Shown piece after piece: positions 10,255-19,850 of a stretch of DNA of 64,000 nt (positions are counted from its first letter, which is position 1; the number at the start of each line of letters is the position of its first letter). The stretch covers positions 256,001 through 320,000 of the forward strand of contig CAVTHO010000005.1 in the NCBI GenBank assembly GCA_963734545.1, in the 5' to 3' direction. The notes beneath the pieces are model-generated. The model searched no databases, was not told the DNA's origin, and saw nothing but the letters and a program-made list of their open reading frames with translations. The stretch comes from an uncultured Spirochaetota bacterium. GTDB lineage: Bacteria > Spirochaetota > Spirochaetia > SZUA-6 > Fen-1364. The translations under genes and the position numbers were made by a program.

Positions 10255-10326
10255 CGTTTTATTGAAACAGATGATCCCGCAGGGTGTCAACGGAATGCGA
10301 TCCGCGCCCGGCGGGGCACCGGAAGC

Positions 10327-12051
10327 TCAATGCACGCGCGAGGGAAGGATTGAGCGGGAGAGGAAATCCAGCGTCCGGCTGCGCAGAGGCTCGGGCAGAC
10401 CTGCTGCCTCGGCCATCACCGCCTCGTCGGTGAGCTCGACATCCGACATGGCGATTGCCGGTGAATCTGCCCGCGCGTCGAGGAGCATGCATTTCGGCGC
10501 GCCGGGCGCGTTGGTCCACGGCACCCATTCCGCCCCGCCCGTGCCGGACCCTGTTGCCCGCCGATTGGGGTTGCCGGTGCGCGCGAACTGTGCCACATAC
10601 TCCATCATGGCCGCCGAGAGCGCCTTTCGGCCGGGCGCGTTCTGCGGCGTGAAGAGGGCCAGATGCATGACGCCATTCAACGTATCACGCCCGAGAAAAA
10701 AGGGGATGTCCAGAGAGTGGAACGCCCCGAGCTTCCGCCCCCAGTTGTCGGGCAACGGGCCGGCCCCGTTCGCGTCGGAGGCCCCCCAGTCGAACCGGTA
10801 GGCGTACACGGGAGGCTGATCCGCACACGCGGAAAGCCTGCGGGCCACCTCGTCCACGCCGGATGCCTTCCACCGCTCGCTCCCATACTTTGCCGCCGCT
10901 TCGTACAATTCACTTCGCCAGGGGATCGCGCCGGAGAAGAGCAGGAAGAGCTTCACCTCTTCCTTGTTCGACCCGATGATCAGGGGAACCTTGCCGGGAT
11001 AGTCTCCGGTGGCGAGGACATCGAATCCCGCCTCCGGGATCACGGCGCCGTCACGCAGAATCGCTGGATTGTCGATCATCCCAAAAGCCCATGTGGCGTA
11101 GCAGGTCAGTATCTCGCGGTCGTTTTTCGACCTGAGGTACGCACGGATGGCCTCCCGGCTCATGGCAGCGGCTAGGACTTCACCGTCCGCGCGCGTGCGC
11201 CACTTCCCGTCGCGGGCCAGGAGCTCGGCGAGCAGCTCATGCGACTTTTCGTCCGCCTCGTCCATGCCGTGCGTAATCGCCGCGCCGCTTTCTGATATCC
11301 CCCGCTGGAAGAGGCCTTTGGCCGGCGGGGAGATCAGGAGGGAGAGCACGTTGAAACCGCCGGCCGATTCTCCCGCAATTGTGACATTCGCCGGATCCCC
11401 GCCGAATGCCGCTATATTCTGCTGTACCCATTTCAGGGACTGTATGATGTCGAGGGTGCCGTAGTTGCCAGATGCGTCCTCCGATGAGACGCCTTCTCGC
11501 AGCGCGGGATTTGAAAACCACCCGAAAGGCCCCAGACGGTAGTTGATCGACACGAATACCATGTGGGACCGGGAGGCGACGCTGCTTCCGTAGTAACCGC
11601 TCGTCGTTGTGGCGGACCCGATGGAGTTCCCTCCACCGTGGATCCAGACGTAGACAGGAAGCCCGATGTCAGGTCCTTTCGGTCTCCAGACATTCAGATA
11701 GAGGCAATCCTCTGTGCCGAAAACAACTCCGGGTAGAACAACGCTGTACTGCGTGCAGGCAGTGCTGAACGAGCCGGGATTGCGCACGCCGGTCCACGGC
11801 AGCGGTTCTTGCGGCGCGCGCCACCGCAGGTCACCGATGGGCGGCCGCGCAAAAGGAATGGCTTTCCAGACCCAGGTCTGCTCGGAATCGTCCCGCGCCC
11901 CCACCACGCCGAAGCGCGTGGTGACCAAGGGAGATCCGGACCAGATCCCCGGTTCCTGGAAGGCCGCGCGCGGCCCGGCCACGCAGGAGACAAGGCACGC
12001 GGCCAGGAGAATGCAGAAGAAGGGAAGAAGAGAGCGCGCGAATCCCTTCAC
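10327..12051 (-). CDS. Type-B carboxylesterase, probable lipoprotein
   Basis: EDCLYLNVW, WIHGGG, FGGDPANVTIAGESAG, GAFH; lipobox-like LVSC; GGAGG RBS before GTG. Confidence 0.92.
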   Translation of the reverse strand: MKGFARSLLPFFCILLAACLVSCVAGPRAAFQEPGIWSGSPLVTTRFGVVGARDDSEQTWVWKAIPFARPPIGDLRWRAPQEPLPWTGVRNPGSFSTACTQYSVVLPGVVFGTEDCLYLNVWRPKGPDIGLPVYVWIHGGGNSIGSATTTSGYYGSSVASRSHMVFVSINYRLGPFGWFSNPALREGVSSEDASGNYGTLDIIQSLKWVQQNIAAFGGDPANVTIAGESAGGFNVLSLLISPPAKGLFQRGISESGAAITHGMDEADEKSHELLAELLARDGKWRTRADGEVLAAAMSREAIRAYLRSKNDREILTCYATWAFGMIDNPAILRDGAVIPEAGFDVLATGDYPGKVPLIIGSNKEEVKLFLLFSGAIPWRSELYEAAAKYGSERWKASGVDEVARRLSACADQPPVYAYRFDWGASDANGAGPLPDNWGRKLGAFHSLDIPFFLGRDTLNGVMHLALFTPQNAPGRKALSAAMMEYVAQFARTGNPNRRATGSGTGGAEWVPWTNAPGAPKCMLLDARADSPAIAMSDVELTDEAVMAEAAGLPEPLRSRTLDFLSRSILPSRVH

Positions 12052-12067
12052 CTGACACCTCCACGTA

Positions 12068-13024
12068 TCAGTGCCGGGCGAGCAGGGCTTCGACCTCCGC
12101 CGCATCGGCGGGGGACATATCCCAGTCGGCAGCAGCCGATATTTCCGCCACCTGCCCGGGTCTTCGACCGCCCACTATGGCGGCTGTCACTTCGGACCTG
12201 CGCAGCACCCATGCCACGGCGAGCTCCGCCACGCTCCTGCCGTTTTTCTTCGCCAGGGGACGGAGCTCCTCCACGAGGGCGAGGTTGCGGCTGAGCGCCG
12301 GCTCGGTGAAAAGCGCGTTGCGCGCGCGCACGTCGTCCCGGGGAAGGGATGCCGCCCTTTCCCGCGTGAATGCGCCGGTCAAAAGCCCCATCTGCATGGG
12401 ACTGTAGCAGATCACGCCGATTCCGTTGGCCGCGCAGAAGGGAAGCACGTCCGTCTCCACGTCTCTGCGCAGCATGCTGTACGGGGGCTGCAGGGAGGCG
12501 ATGGGGTGGATCTTCTGGATGCGCCTCATCTGCTCGGGATTGAAGTTGGAGACCCCGGCATACCGGACCTTTCCTTCGCTGACGGCCTTCGCGATTTCCG
12601 CCCAGCCTTCCTCGATGTCGGATTCCGGATCGGGCCAATGGATCTGGTAGAGATCGATGTAGTCGGTCTTCAGCCTGCGGAGACTTCCCTCGAGCTCTTT
12701 CCGCACGCTCGCGGCCTTGAGCCGGCTCACGATGGTGGTGCTCCCTGGGTCCGTCAAGCGTCCGCACTTCGTCGCGATGATGAGCGTGTCACGCCGGCCC
12801 GCGACGGCCTTCCCGACTACTTCCTCGGAATGTCCGATACCGTAGACTGCCGCGGTGTCGATCCAGTTGATGCCCAGATCGAGGGCTTCGTGGATTGTCG
12901 CAATGGAGTCCCGATCATCCTGGCTTCCCCAGCCGAACTGCCAGTCTGCCCCGCCGATGGCCCAGGTTCCCAGCCCGATCCGCGTCAACGCGAGCCCGCT
13001 CCTGCCCAGCACCCTGGTTCTCAT
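12068..13024 (-). CDS. Aldo/keto reductase
   Basis: GLGTWAIGG, DTAAVYG, IDLYQIHWPD, GVSNF, YSPM. Confidence 0.93.
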   Translation of the reverse strand: MRTRVLGRSGLALTRIGLGTWAIGGADWQFGWGSQDDRDSIATIHEALDLGINWIDTAAVYGIGHSEEVVGKAVAGRRDTLIIATKCGRLTDPGSTTIVSRLKAASVRKELEGSLRRLKTDYIDLYQIHWPDPESDIEEGWAEIAKAVSEGKVRYAGVSNFNPEQMRRIQKIHPIASLQPPYSMLRRDVETDVLPFCAANGIGVICYSPMQMGLLTGAFTRERAASLPRDDVRARNALFTEPALSRNLALVEELRPLAKKNGRSVAELAVAWVLRRSEVTAAIVGGRRPGQVAEISAAADWDMSPADAAEVEALLARH

Positions 13025-14016
13025 TATCCGCTCCTGACGATTATGGTGGACCGCGTATCCGCGGCCTCCCTGGTGCGCAGGGCGAGCTCGCTCACGGCGA
13101 ATGCGTCCTCCGCCGTGATCCGCATTCCCGCACCATCCTGTATGTGACGTATGAACTCCTGGAAGAGAGAAAGCTGGTCCTCCTTTTCCAGCTTTCGTGG
13201 AGCCGCATCGTGGGTGAACAGGGTCGCCTCTCCCCCGGCCACCTCGAGGACTCCCTTTTCCCCCGCAATCCGCACCTTGTCATCTCCATGCGTCGGCGCG
13301 GAACCGGGCCGGAAGTAGTCAAACGTGAGGGTGGCGCAGCCGGAGTTTGCCAGACGGAAAAGGCACGCACCCGAGCTCTCCATTTCGCCATGACCGTGGT
13401 TTCCCGCAGGCGTATGCGATGCAGCGACCTGCGTGATCCCCCCGTCGGTGAACCAGTGGATCCAGTCGATGCCGTGCACGGCAACCCAGGGGATGGTGCC
13501 GCCGTAGGTGGCGCGGTGCGTGTACATGGCATGACGCGTGCCCAGCTTGTATGACTTCTGCGCGGTGATGAGGATCGGCTCCCCGATCTGGCCCTCCTTC
13601 AGCGCACGCCACGCGGCATGGAACGCGGGGTGGTAGCGGTAGAAAAGCATGGGGCAGAGGTCCGCTTTTCCCAGGGCGTGGGCACGGCGAAGCCGCTCCA
13701 GCTGATCCAAGGATACGGCCATGGGCTTTTCGACGAATACATGGATCCCCCTCTCCAGGCACTCGCAGGCAATACGCGATTGCAGGAAAAAGAATGGAGC
13801 CACCACGACCACTTGCGGCTTCTCCCTGTCCAGCATGCGGTGGTAGTCTTCATAAAAGGGAATGAGCGAGGGCTCCAGCTGATCGACATAGAACTCCCGC
13901 GCGTCCTCGTCTGCTGACCCCGGCGCGATCCCGACAAAGCTCAACTGCGGAAGGCGGTCACGCACTTCGAGTGCGAGGTCGATGTGACCGCTGGTGCCGA
14001 TGATCGCTGCCTTCAC
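13024..14016 (-). CDS. Gfo/Idh/MocA family oxidoreductase
   Basis: VKAAIIGTSGH Rossmann start, HVFVEKPMA, HGID. Confidence 0.88.
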   Translation of the reverse strand: MKAAIIGTSGHIDLALEVRDRLPQLSFVGIAPGSADEDAREFYVDQLEPSLIPFYEDYHRMLDREKPQVVVVAPFFFLQSRIACECLERGIHVFVEKPMAVSLDQLERLRRAHALGKADLCPMLFYRYHPAFHAAWRALKEGQIGEPILITAQKSYKLGTRHAMYTHRATYGGTIPWVAVHGIDWIHWFTDGGITQVAASHTPAGNHGHGEMESSGACLFRLANSGCATLTFDYFRPGSAPTHGDDKVRIAGEKGVLEVAGGEATLFTHDAAPRKLEKEDQLSLFQEFIRHIQDGAGMRITAEDAFAVSELALRTREAADTRSTIIVRSG

Positions 14017-14209
14017 GGAAGTCCTCTGTTTCCTACTATACCAGAGCAGAGGCGGTGAGAGAAACCCCGATGCCGGTCCGCGCGGCCGACGGCGCCGGTC
14101 CCATGAGAAGCGCGCAGCCGCTCCGTTGTTGCCTTCTCTGAAGGCCCTCGCGTTTTCTCGGAAGGCCTTCTTGCTCCTCCCGATGAAAACGAATACTGTT
14201 GAGTGAACC

Positions 14210-15197
14210 ATGAAAGAATCCGGGTCCCCCCACCCACTGCGCGCCCCGGGCGTGCTCGCGATCGTCGTGGTGTCCGTTGCGCTCCTGCTCTCGGTCACCA
14301 TCAGCCACTCAGACGAGCTTGTCAGCACCCGTGTGCGCGTCCTCGTGCCCCAGTCCACCTCGTCCCTGCCCTTCCTGCTGATGGCCCGGGACCACACGAT
14401 CCCGGGCGTCGACCTGCAGGTGGACTTCTTCCTCAATCACGCACAGGCCCTCGCTCTTCTGCTCCGCGGGGAAACCGATCTTCTTCTCAGCGGCACGAGC
14501 CAGGGATGGGAGAACCGCCTGGACGGCAGTCCCATCGTGATGATCGATACCGGCGTGTGGGGGGTCTCCTCCCTGGTGGGCAGGGACGCGGCCCTCGGGA
14601 GTTTTGCCCTTCTGAAGGGAAAGCGGCTTGCCCTGCCATTCCCCGGTTCCCCGCTGGACTTTCAAAGCCGCGCGCTTCTGGCATTCGACAAGATCGATCC
14701 TGACCGGGACCTCACGATCAGCTACGGTCCTTTCCCGCAGAGCGTGCAGAGGCTGCTCGCCGGCCGGCTCGACGCCGTGGCGCTGCCCGAACCCCTCGCA
14801 ACCGAGGTCGTGAAAAAGAACGGCCTCGCGCGGCTCATCCAGTACTCCCGGGCGTGGGCCCGGCTGACCGGGGGGGACGGCGCGTCGCCGCAGGTGAGTC
14901 TTTTCTCCACGGAGGGCTTTGCGCGGGACCACGGCCAGACTCTCGGCGCCATTGTATCCGCCTGGGCAGAGGCGAGCAGAAGCGTGACGGCAAATCCAAC
15001 GGACGCCGCCTCGCGGTTCGCCGCGTCCCTCAACACCGACCCCTCCATTCTCGAAGAGGCAACGCGGAACACGCTTCTCTCGGTTCCCTCGATCGGCAGA
15101 GAACCGGACACGGGTGCTGGCCTATTACCGGATCGTCGCAAAATACTTTCCGGCCGCGGCGCGTCCGCTGGACGAGCAGTTCTTCCTCGCGCCCTGA
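14210..15197 (+). CDS. ABC transporter substrate-binding protein (NMT1/SsuA-like), frameshift near 15095
   Basis: LKGKRLALP, LLAGRLDAVALPEP; C-terminus ENRTRVLAYY...LDEQFFLAP* lies in another frame. Confidence 0.8.
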
Positions 15198-15200
15198 GCA

Positions 15201-16685
15201 ATGCCCCCAAGGACCTCGTCACCCGGCGCGATGTCTCTGCGGCTCAGGCTCCTCGGCGCCGCAGGGGTAGCGATAATCCTCGCGGGCTGGGCGGTTGCCA
15301 GCCTGGCGGCAGGCACGTATTTCGTGCCCGCGCCCTGGACCACGATCGCGGACACTGCCCTCCTTCTCGCGCGCAGGTTCACCTGGACGCAGATCCTGAT
15401 CACCCTCCTCCGCGTGTGTGCCGGTTTCCTGGCAGGCTTTGTGACCGGGGCCGCCGCAGGGATGGCGATGGGAGCGCGCCGGGACCTGGACGCCCTTTTC
15501 AAGCCGCTCGTTCTCTTCTTCCAGGGCATGCCTCCCCTGTTGTGGGCGATTCCCCTGGTGGCCCTGATGGGCATCGGCCACGTGCCCACGATCGTCGTGA
15601 TCGGCCTCATCACCTTCCCGCTCGTGGCGGTGACGATCAGGGAGGGCATGTCGACGCTCCCCCGCGCGTATGGAGAAATGCTCGCCATCTTCGCGCCGGG
15701 CTTCGTTCCCCGCACACGGGAGCTCGTCCTGCCGCACCTCGCCCCGTTTCTCGCCGCGTCGCTGAAGGCGGGCCTTGTGCTGGCGGTCAAGGCATCCGTG
15801 ACGGCCGAATATTTCGGAGCGAACGACGGCATCGGATTTCAGATCCAGTCGGCGTATATGTCGATGCGGATACGGTCGCTGTTTTCCTGGGCGGCCGTGC
15901 TCATCCTCATCATCCTCGTGCTCAATCACCTGCTGCCGAGGATCCGTCTTGCCGGACCGGTCTTCAAGGCCCTGATCGTGCGCCCGGGCCGGGCACGCCG
16001 CGACCATGCGGATATCGCCGAGCGGGAACGGACCTTCATTTCCCGGGCCGGCGCATCACGCATCGCGCTGCGCGGGGTGAGCTTCGCCTACCGGAAGCAG
16101 AACGAGATACTCCGCGGCGTGGATCTGGAGGTCGGCCCCAATGAAATCGCCGTCGTCACCGGGGAGTCCGGAATAGGAAAGACGACCCTCCTGAAAGTCG
16201 CCGCCTCCCTGCTGAAGCCCGCCGCAGGCAGCGTTTCCTGTCCGCCGCGGGTCGGTTTCGTATTCCAGGACGACAGGCTCCTGCCATGGCGGTCGATCGC
16301 GCAGAACACGGCCCTTCCCCTCCTCTACCAGGGGTTCAAGAAGAACGACGCGCTGAGCCTTGCGCACTATCTTCTTTCGGAGGCGGGCCTTGCCGGAGAG
16401 GAGGAGAAGAGGCCGGACGAGCTTTCCGGCGGCATGAAAAAGCGCGCGGCGCTGGCCCGGTGTTTCGCTCGTCTGCCGGACGCGGTATTCCTGGACGAGC
16501 CTTTCAGCGGCCTGCACGCAGAGGCGCGCGGGCTGCTCTGGGAAATGTTCCTGCGCCTTCTCGCCCTGCACCCGGTCCCCGCGCTCATCGTCACCCATTA
16601 CCCGCAGGAGATATCGTCCCTCGCCTCCTGCAGCCTTTACGTGCTGGAGGGAAAGCCGGCACGGATAGCGGCAGTGCGGACATGA
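15201..16685 (+). CDS. Fused ABC permease (SsuC/TauC-like) and ATP-binding domain
   Basis: N-terminal TM region with TAEYFGANDGIG; C-terminal GESGIGKT, FVFQDDRLLPW, LSGGMKKR, LDEPF. Confidence 0.88.
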   Translation: MPPRTSSPGAMSLRLRLLGAAGVAIILAGWAVASLAAGTYFVPAPWTTIADTALLLARRFTWTQILITLLRVCAGFLAGFVTGAAAGMAMGARRDLDALFKPLVLFFQGMPPLLWAIPLVALMGIGHVPTIVVIGLITFPLVAVTIREGMSTLPRAYGEMLAIFAPGFVPRTRELVLPHLAPFLAASLKAGLVLAVKASVTAEYFGANDGIGFQIQSAYMSMRIRSLFSWAAVLILIILVLNHLLPRIRLAGPVFKALIVRPGRARRDHADIAERERTFISRAGASRIALRGVSFAYRKQNEILRGVDLEVGPNEIAVVTGESGIGKTTLLKVAASLLKPAAGSVSCPPRVGFVFQDDRLLPWRSIAQNTALPLLYQGFKKNDALSLAHYLLSEAGLAGEEEKRPDELSGGMKKRAALARCFARLPDAVFLDEPFSGLHAEARGLLWEMFLRLLALHPVPALIVTHYPQEISSLASCSLYVLEGKPARIAAVRT

Positions 16686-17419
16686 GCCCGGAAAAGAACG
16701 CGGCTGACGCCCATTTCGACCTGATCTACGACACGCGCGCTCGGGAGTATCACGAGCTGGTCAGCCGGGAAGACAGGGAAGGGAATCTTTCCCGCACCCT
16801 GCAGGAGGTCGTCGAGTTCCGGGGAAAGACCGTGATCGAGCTGGGTGCGGGAACCGGAAGAGTCACCAGGATCCTTGCGCCCCTGGCCGGACGCATCCTG
16901 GCATTCGACCGGTCCCGTCACATGCTGGAACGGGCCGGCGCGTATCTGTCGGAAGAGCTCACGCGCAATGTGCGCCTGGCGGAAGCGGATAACCGCGCCG
17001 TGCCATTGCCCGATGCATCGGCGGAAATCCTCGTAGAAGGGTGGAGCTTCGGCCACAGCGTGTCACGGGAAGGCAACGAGTGGCGGAAGGCCGCCGTGGA
17101 AATCCTTGCAGAATGCATGCGTCTCGTGAAGCCCGGCGGCGCCATCATCCTCATTGAAACGCTGGGCACCGGACACCACGTGCCGCATCCGCCCGGCCCT
17201 CACCTCCCCCTCTTCTTCTCCTGGCTCCAGGACGAATGCGGCTTTGCGCTGAAATGGATCCGCACGGACTATCTGTTCGAGTCCCTGGCAAAGGCGCGGG
17301 AGCTGGTGGAGTTTTTCTTCGGACAGATGGTGGAGCACGAGGTGCTCGCCTCCGGTCAGGTCGTCGTGCCCGAATGCACCGGTATCTGGTGGAAGATAAA
17401 GCAGGGCCGGTCACTCTGA
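16682..17419 (+). CDS. Class I SAM-dependent methyltransferase
   Basis: VIELGAGTGR motif I; ATGA overlap with the upstream gene. Confidence 0.88.
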   Translation: MSPEKNAADAHFDLIYDTRAREYHELVSREDREGNLSRTLQEVVEFRGKTVIELGAGTGRVTRILAPLAGRILAFDRSRHMLERAGAYLSEELTRNVRLAEADNRAVPLPDASAEILVEGWSFGHSVSREGNEWRKAAVEILAECMRLVKPGGAIILIETLGTGHHVPHPPGPHLPLFFSWLQDECGFALKWIRTDYLFESLAKARELVEFFFGQMVEHEVLASGQVVVPECTGIWWKIKQGRSL

Positions 17420-17442
17420 AAGCTGCGGGCCGGCGGGAAATG

Positions 17443-17471
17443 TTGACTTCTCCGAGCCCCGGGCTCAGAAT
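17443..17471 (+). promoter_or_regulatory. Putative sigma70 promoter, TTGACT-17-CAGAAT
   Basis: Near-consensus -35 and 17-bp spacer upstream of ATG 17512. Confidence 0.5.
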
Positions 17472-17511
17472 GGCTGAAAAGACCCCCGCTGAGGGGAGAA
17501 AGGAAAAAAGT

Positions 17512-17982
17512 ATGGGCCGCGCAATCGAACAGGAGAACTCCTTCCTGCAGGTGCTTCTGAAGCTCATCCCCAGCGAGGTGATCGCGGTTTTCATCTTCAT
17601 CCAGGGCGTCATGCCGCGCGTGCTCCTGCCGCACCTCGTGATCGCGCTGCTCCTGGTCTGCATTACACCGGTCTACCTCTACTGGGCAGGGGGGGTCCGC
17701 TCGCGGCCGCAGCTCGTGATCTCCACGCTTTCGCTGGTAGTCTGGGTCTATGCAATGGGTGTCGGGCCATTTCGGTTCGTCAGGCCGCCCTACTACGAGC
17801 CATGGCATGGGGCGGTGGCGCTGGCAATATGGACGTTGATCCCCCCGATGTTCCTCGCTCGCGGCGGGGAGCCGGCCGGTCCCTTCTCTGCCCGAAGACG
17901 CGCGGACATCAGCTCACATGGAAAGCGCGTACGAGCCGCTCCGCGGCATCGGAAAGGATCGCGCGGGGGCACGCAAGGTTGA
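17512..17982 (+). CDS. Hypothetical membrane protein (about 4 TM)
   Basis: AAGGA RBS; four hydrophobic segments; basic tail overlaps the convergent gene. Confidence 0.7.
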   Translation: MGRAIEQENSFLQVLLKLIPSEVIAVFIFIQGVMPRVLLPHLVIALLLVCITPVYLYWAGGVRSRPQLVISTLSLVVWVYAMGVGPFRFVRPPYYEPWHGAVALAIWTLIPPMFLARGGEPAGPFSARRRADISSHGKRVRAAPRHRKGSRGGTQG

Positions 17983-19093
17983 GGCGCTGGAATCCTTCCC
18001 CTCCCTGGCCGAACTTGCGCCCCTCGTCGAGCCAGAGCCCCGCTTCGCGCAGCCTCGCCCTGATCTGGTCGTCGGACAGCGCGAGCGCCCGCATGTCCAT
18101 CCATGCGAGATAGGTCCCCTCCAGGGGAGCCAATGTGACCCGGGGAAGGTTCTCCGCAAGCCGGCAGGCCAGGAACTGATAGTTGGCCTGCACGTAGGCA
18201 AGAAGCTCCTGCAACCATCGCTCCCCGTGCCTCCAGGCCGCCTCGGCTGCGGCAACCGCAAACGCGTTTGCCGGGCCGCCCATGAGGGCGTGTTGAACCG
18301 CGTCAAAACGCGCGCGAAGGCCGGCATCCGGTATGACGGTGAGGGAGCCCCCCAGCCCCGCCAGGTTGAAGGTCTTGGTCGCGGAGACGAGAGTCGCCGT
18401 GCGTGCGGCGGCTTCGTTCGAAATCGAGGCAAGGGGAATGTGGCGGGAGCCCGGCATCACGAGGTCATTGTGGATTTCGTCACTGACGACGACGATGTCC
18501 CTGCGAATGCAGAAATCCGCAAGCCGGTGCAGGGTCGCCCTGTCCCACACCCGGCCTGCCGGATTGTGCGGGCTGCAGAGGATCAGCATCCTCGTCCGCG
18601 CGTCAACGACCCTTGCCAGGCCGTCCAGATCCATCTCCCACCGGGTGCCGCTCAGCTTCAACGGGTTCTCCACCACGCGCCTCGCATTCGCAATGACACG
18701 CAGGGAAAAAGGGTAGTAGACGGGGGGCTGAATCACGATCCCCTCGCCGGGCTCGGTGAGCCCCAGGATGGCGAACACCATGGCGGGTATGACGCCCGGG
18801 GAAGGCAGCATCCACTCGCGCTGCACCTCCCAGCCGTGGCGGCGCCGGAGCCAGCCGGCCGCGGCATCGAAGTACGAGTCGGGCTCCAGCGTGTACCCGA
18901 AGATGCCGTGCGCCGCCCGGGCCTGGAGCGCCTGGACGATCTCCGGAGGAGCCTCGAAATCCATGTCCGCCACCCACAGGGGAAGCAGACCGGACATGCC
19001 GGCAAACTTCTCCCCGAAATCCCACTTCAGGGAGCTCGTGCCCCGCCGATCGATCACCCGGTCAAAGTCATAGGCCGTCGGGTTCCCATTCAC
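17909..19093 (-). CDS. MalY/PatB family PLP enzyme (cystathionine beta-lyase-like)
   Basis: LPLWVADMDF, LCSPHNPAGRVW, SDEIH, SATKTFNLAGL. Confidence 0.93.
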   Translation of the reverse strand: MNGNPTAYDFDRVIDRRGTSSLKWDFGEKFAGMSGLLPLWVADMDFEAPPEIVQALQARAAHGIFGYTLEPDSYFDAAAGWLRRRHGWEVQREWMLPSPGVIPAMVFAILGLTEPGEGIVIQPPVYYPFSLRVIANARRVVENPLKLSGTRWEMDLDGLARVVDARTRMLILCSPHNPAGRVWDRATLHRLADFCIRRDIVVVSDEIHNDLVMPGSRHIPLASISNEAAARTATLVSATKTFNLAGLGGSLTVIPDAGLRARFDAVQHALMGGPANAFAVAAAEAAWRHGERWLQELLAYVQANYQFLACRLAENLPRVTLAPLEGTYLAWMDMRALALSDDQIRARLREAGLWLDEGRKFGQGGEGFQRLNLACPRAILSDAAERLVRAFHVS

Positions 19094-19170
19094 ACGGATC
19101 CTCCCTCCATTCGCGAAAAATGCGCAGGAAGTGTATAATAAGCCCGGCGTTTCGCAACAGGAGGTGAAAC

Positions 19171-19839
19171 ATGTTCGTCGAAGACACGTTCTCCCCCGCT
19201 CCGCTCGGACTCAAGGTGACTTTCATCGGGCACGCAACGCTCGTCGTGACATACGGGGACACCGTGATCCACGTCGACCCTGTCGGAGAGAAGGCGGACT
19301 ACACCAGGCTTCCCAAGGCGGGTATCGTGCTGGTCACCCATGAGCACTCCGATCACCTCGATGCCGCGGCGATTGCCAAAGCACGCACGCCTGATACTGT
19401 CGTCATCGTTGCGGCAAAGTGCGCGGGCAAGGTGCCCGGCGCGATCGTGCTGCAGAACGGCGACTCTCGTGCAGTCAAGGGAATACGCATCGAGGCCGTG
19501 CCTGCCTACAATATCGTGCACATGCGCGCGCCCGGGGCACCGTTTCACCCCAAGGGGGAAGGCAACGGCTACGTGCTCTCCCTCGGAACACGGAAGCTCT
19601 ATGTAGCGGGCGATACGGAGAATACGCGCGAGATGAAATCCCTGAAGAGGATCGACGTGGCGTTCCTTCCCATGAACCTGCCCTACACAATGACGCCGGA
19701 GATGGTTGCCGATGCTGCCCTGGCATTCCGGCCGAAGGTGCTTTACCCGTATCATTTCGGGGATACGGATACCGGGCGGATTCAAGAGCTGCTGGCCGCG
19801 GCAAAAGACATCGAGGTGCGCATCCGCCCGATGAGCTGA
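19171..19839 (+). CDS. MBL-fold metal-dependent hydrolase
   Basis: FIGHA, THEHSDH, YVAGDT, YPYH; AGGAGG RBS. Confidence 0.9.
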   Translation: MFVEDTFSPAPLGLKVTFIGHATLVVTYGDTVIHVDPVGEKADYTRLPKAGIVLVTHEHSDHLDAAAIAKARTPDTVVIVAAKCAGKVPGAIVLQNGDSRAVKGIRIEAVPAYNIVHMRAPGAPFHPKGEGNGYVLSLGTRKLYVAGDTENTREMKSLKRIDVAFLPMNLPYTMTPEMVADAALAFRPKVLYPYHFGDTDTGRIQELLAAAKDIEVRIRPMS

Positions 19840-19850
19840 GGGAGCGGCTC

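Noticed and set aside
14210-16144. 644-aa ORF as a single protein
   Set aside because: Frameshift read-through; the binding protein's natural end is at 15197 in another frame.
17909-17982. 74-bp convergent overlap as a regulatory feature
   Set aside because: The overlapping tail is low-complexity and basic; more likely stop-codon drift or another indel.
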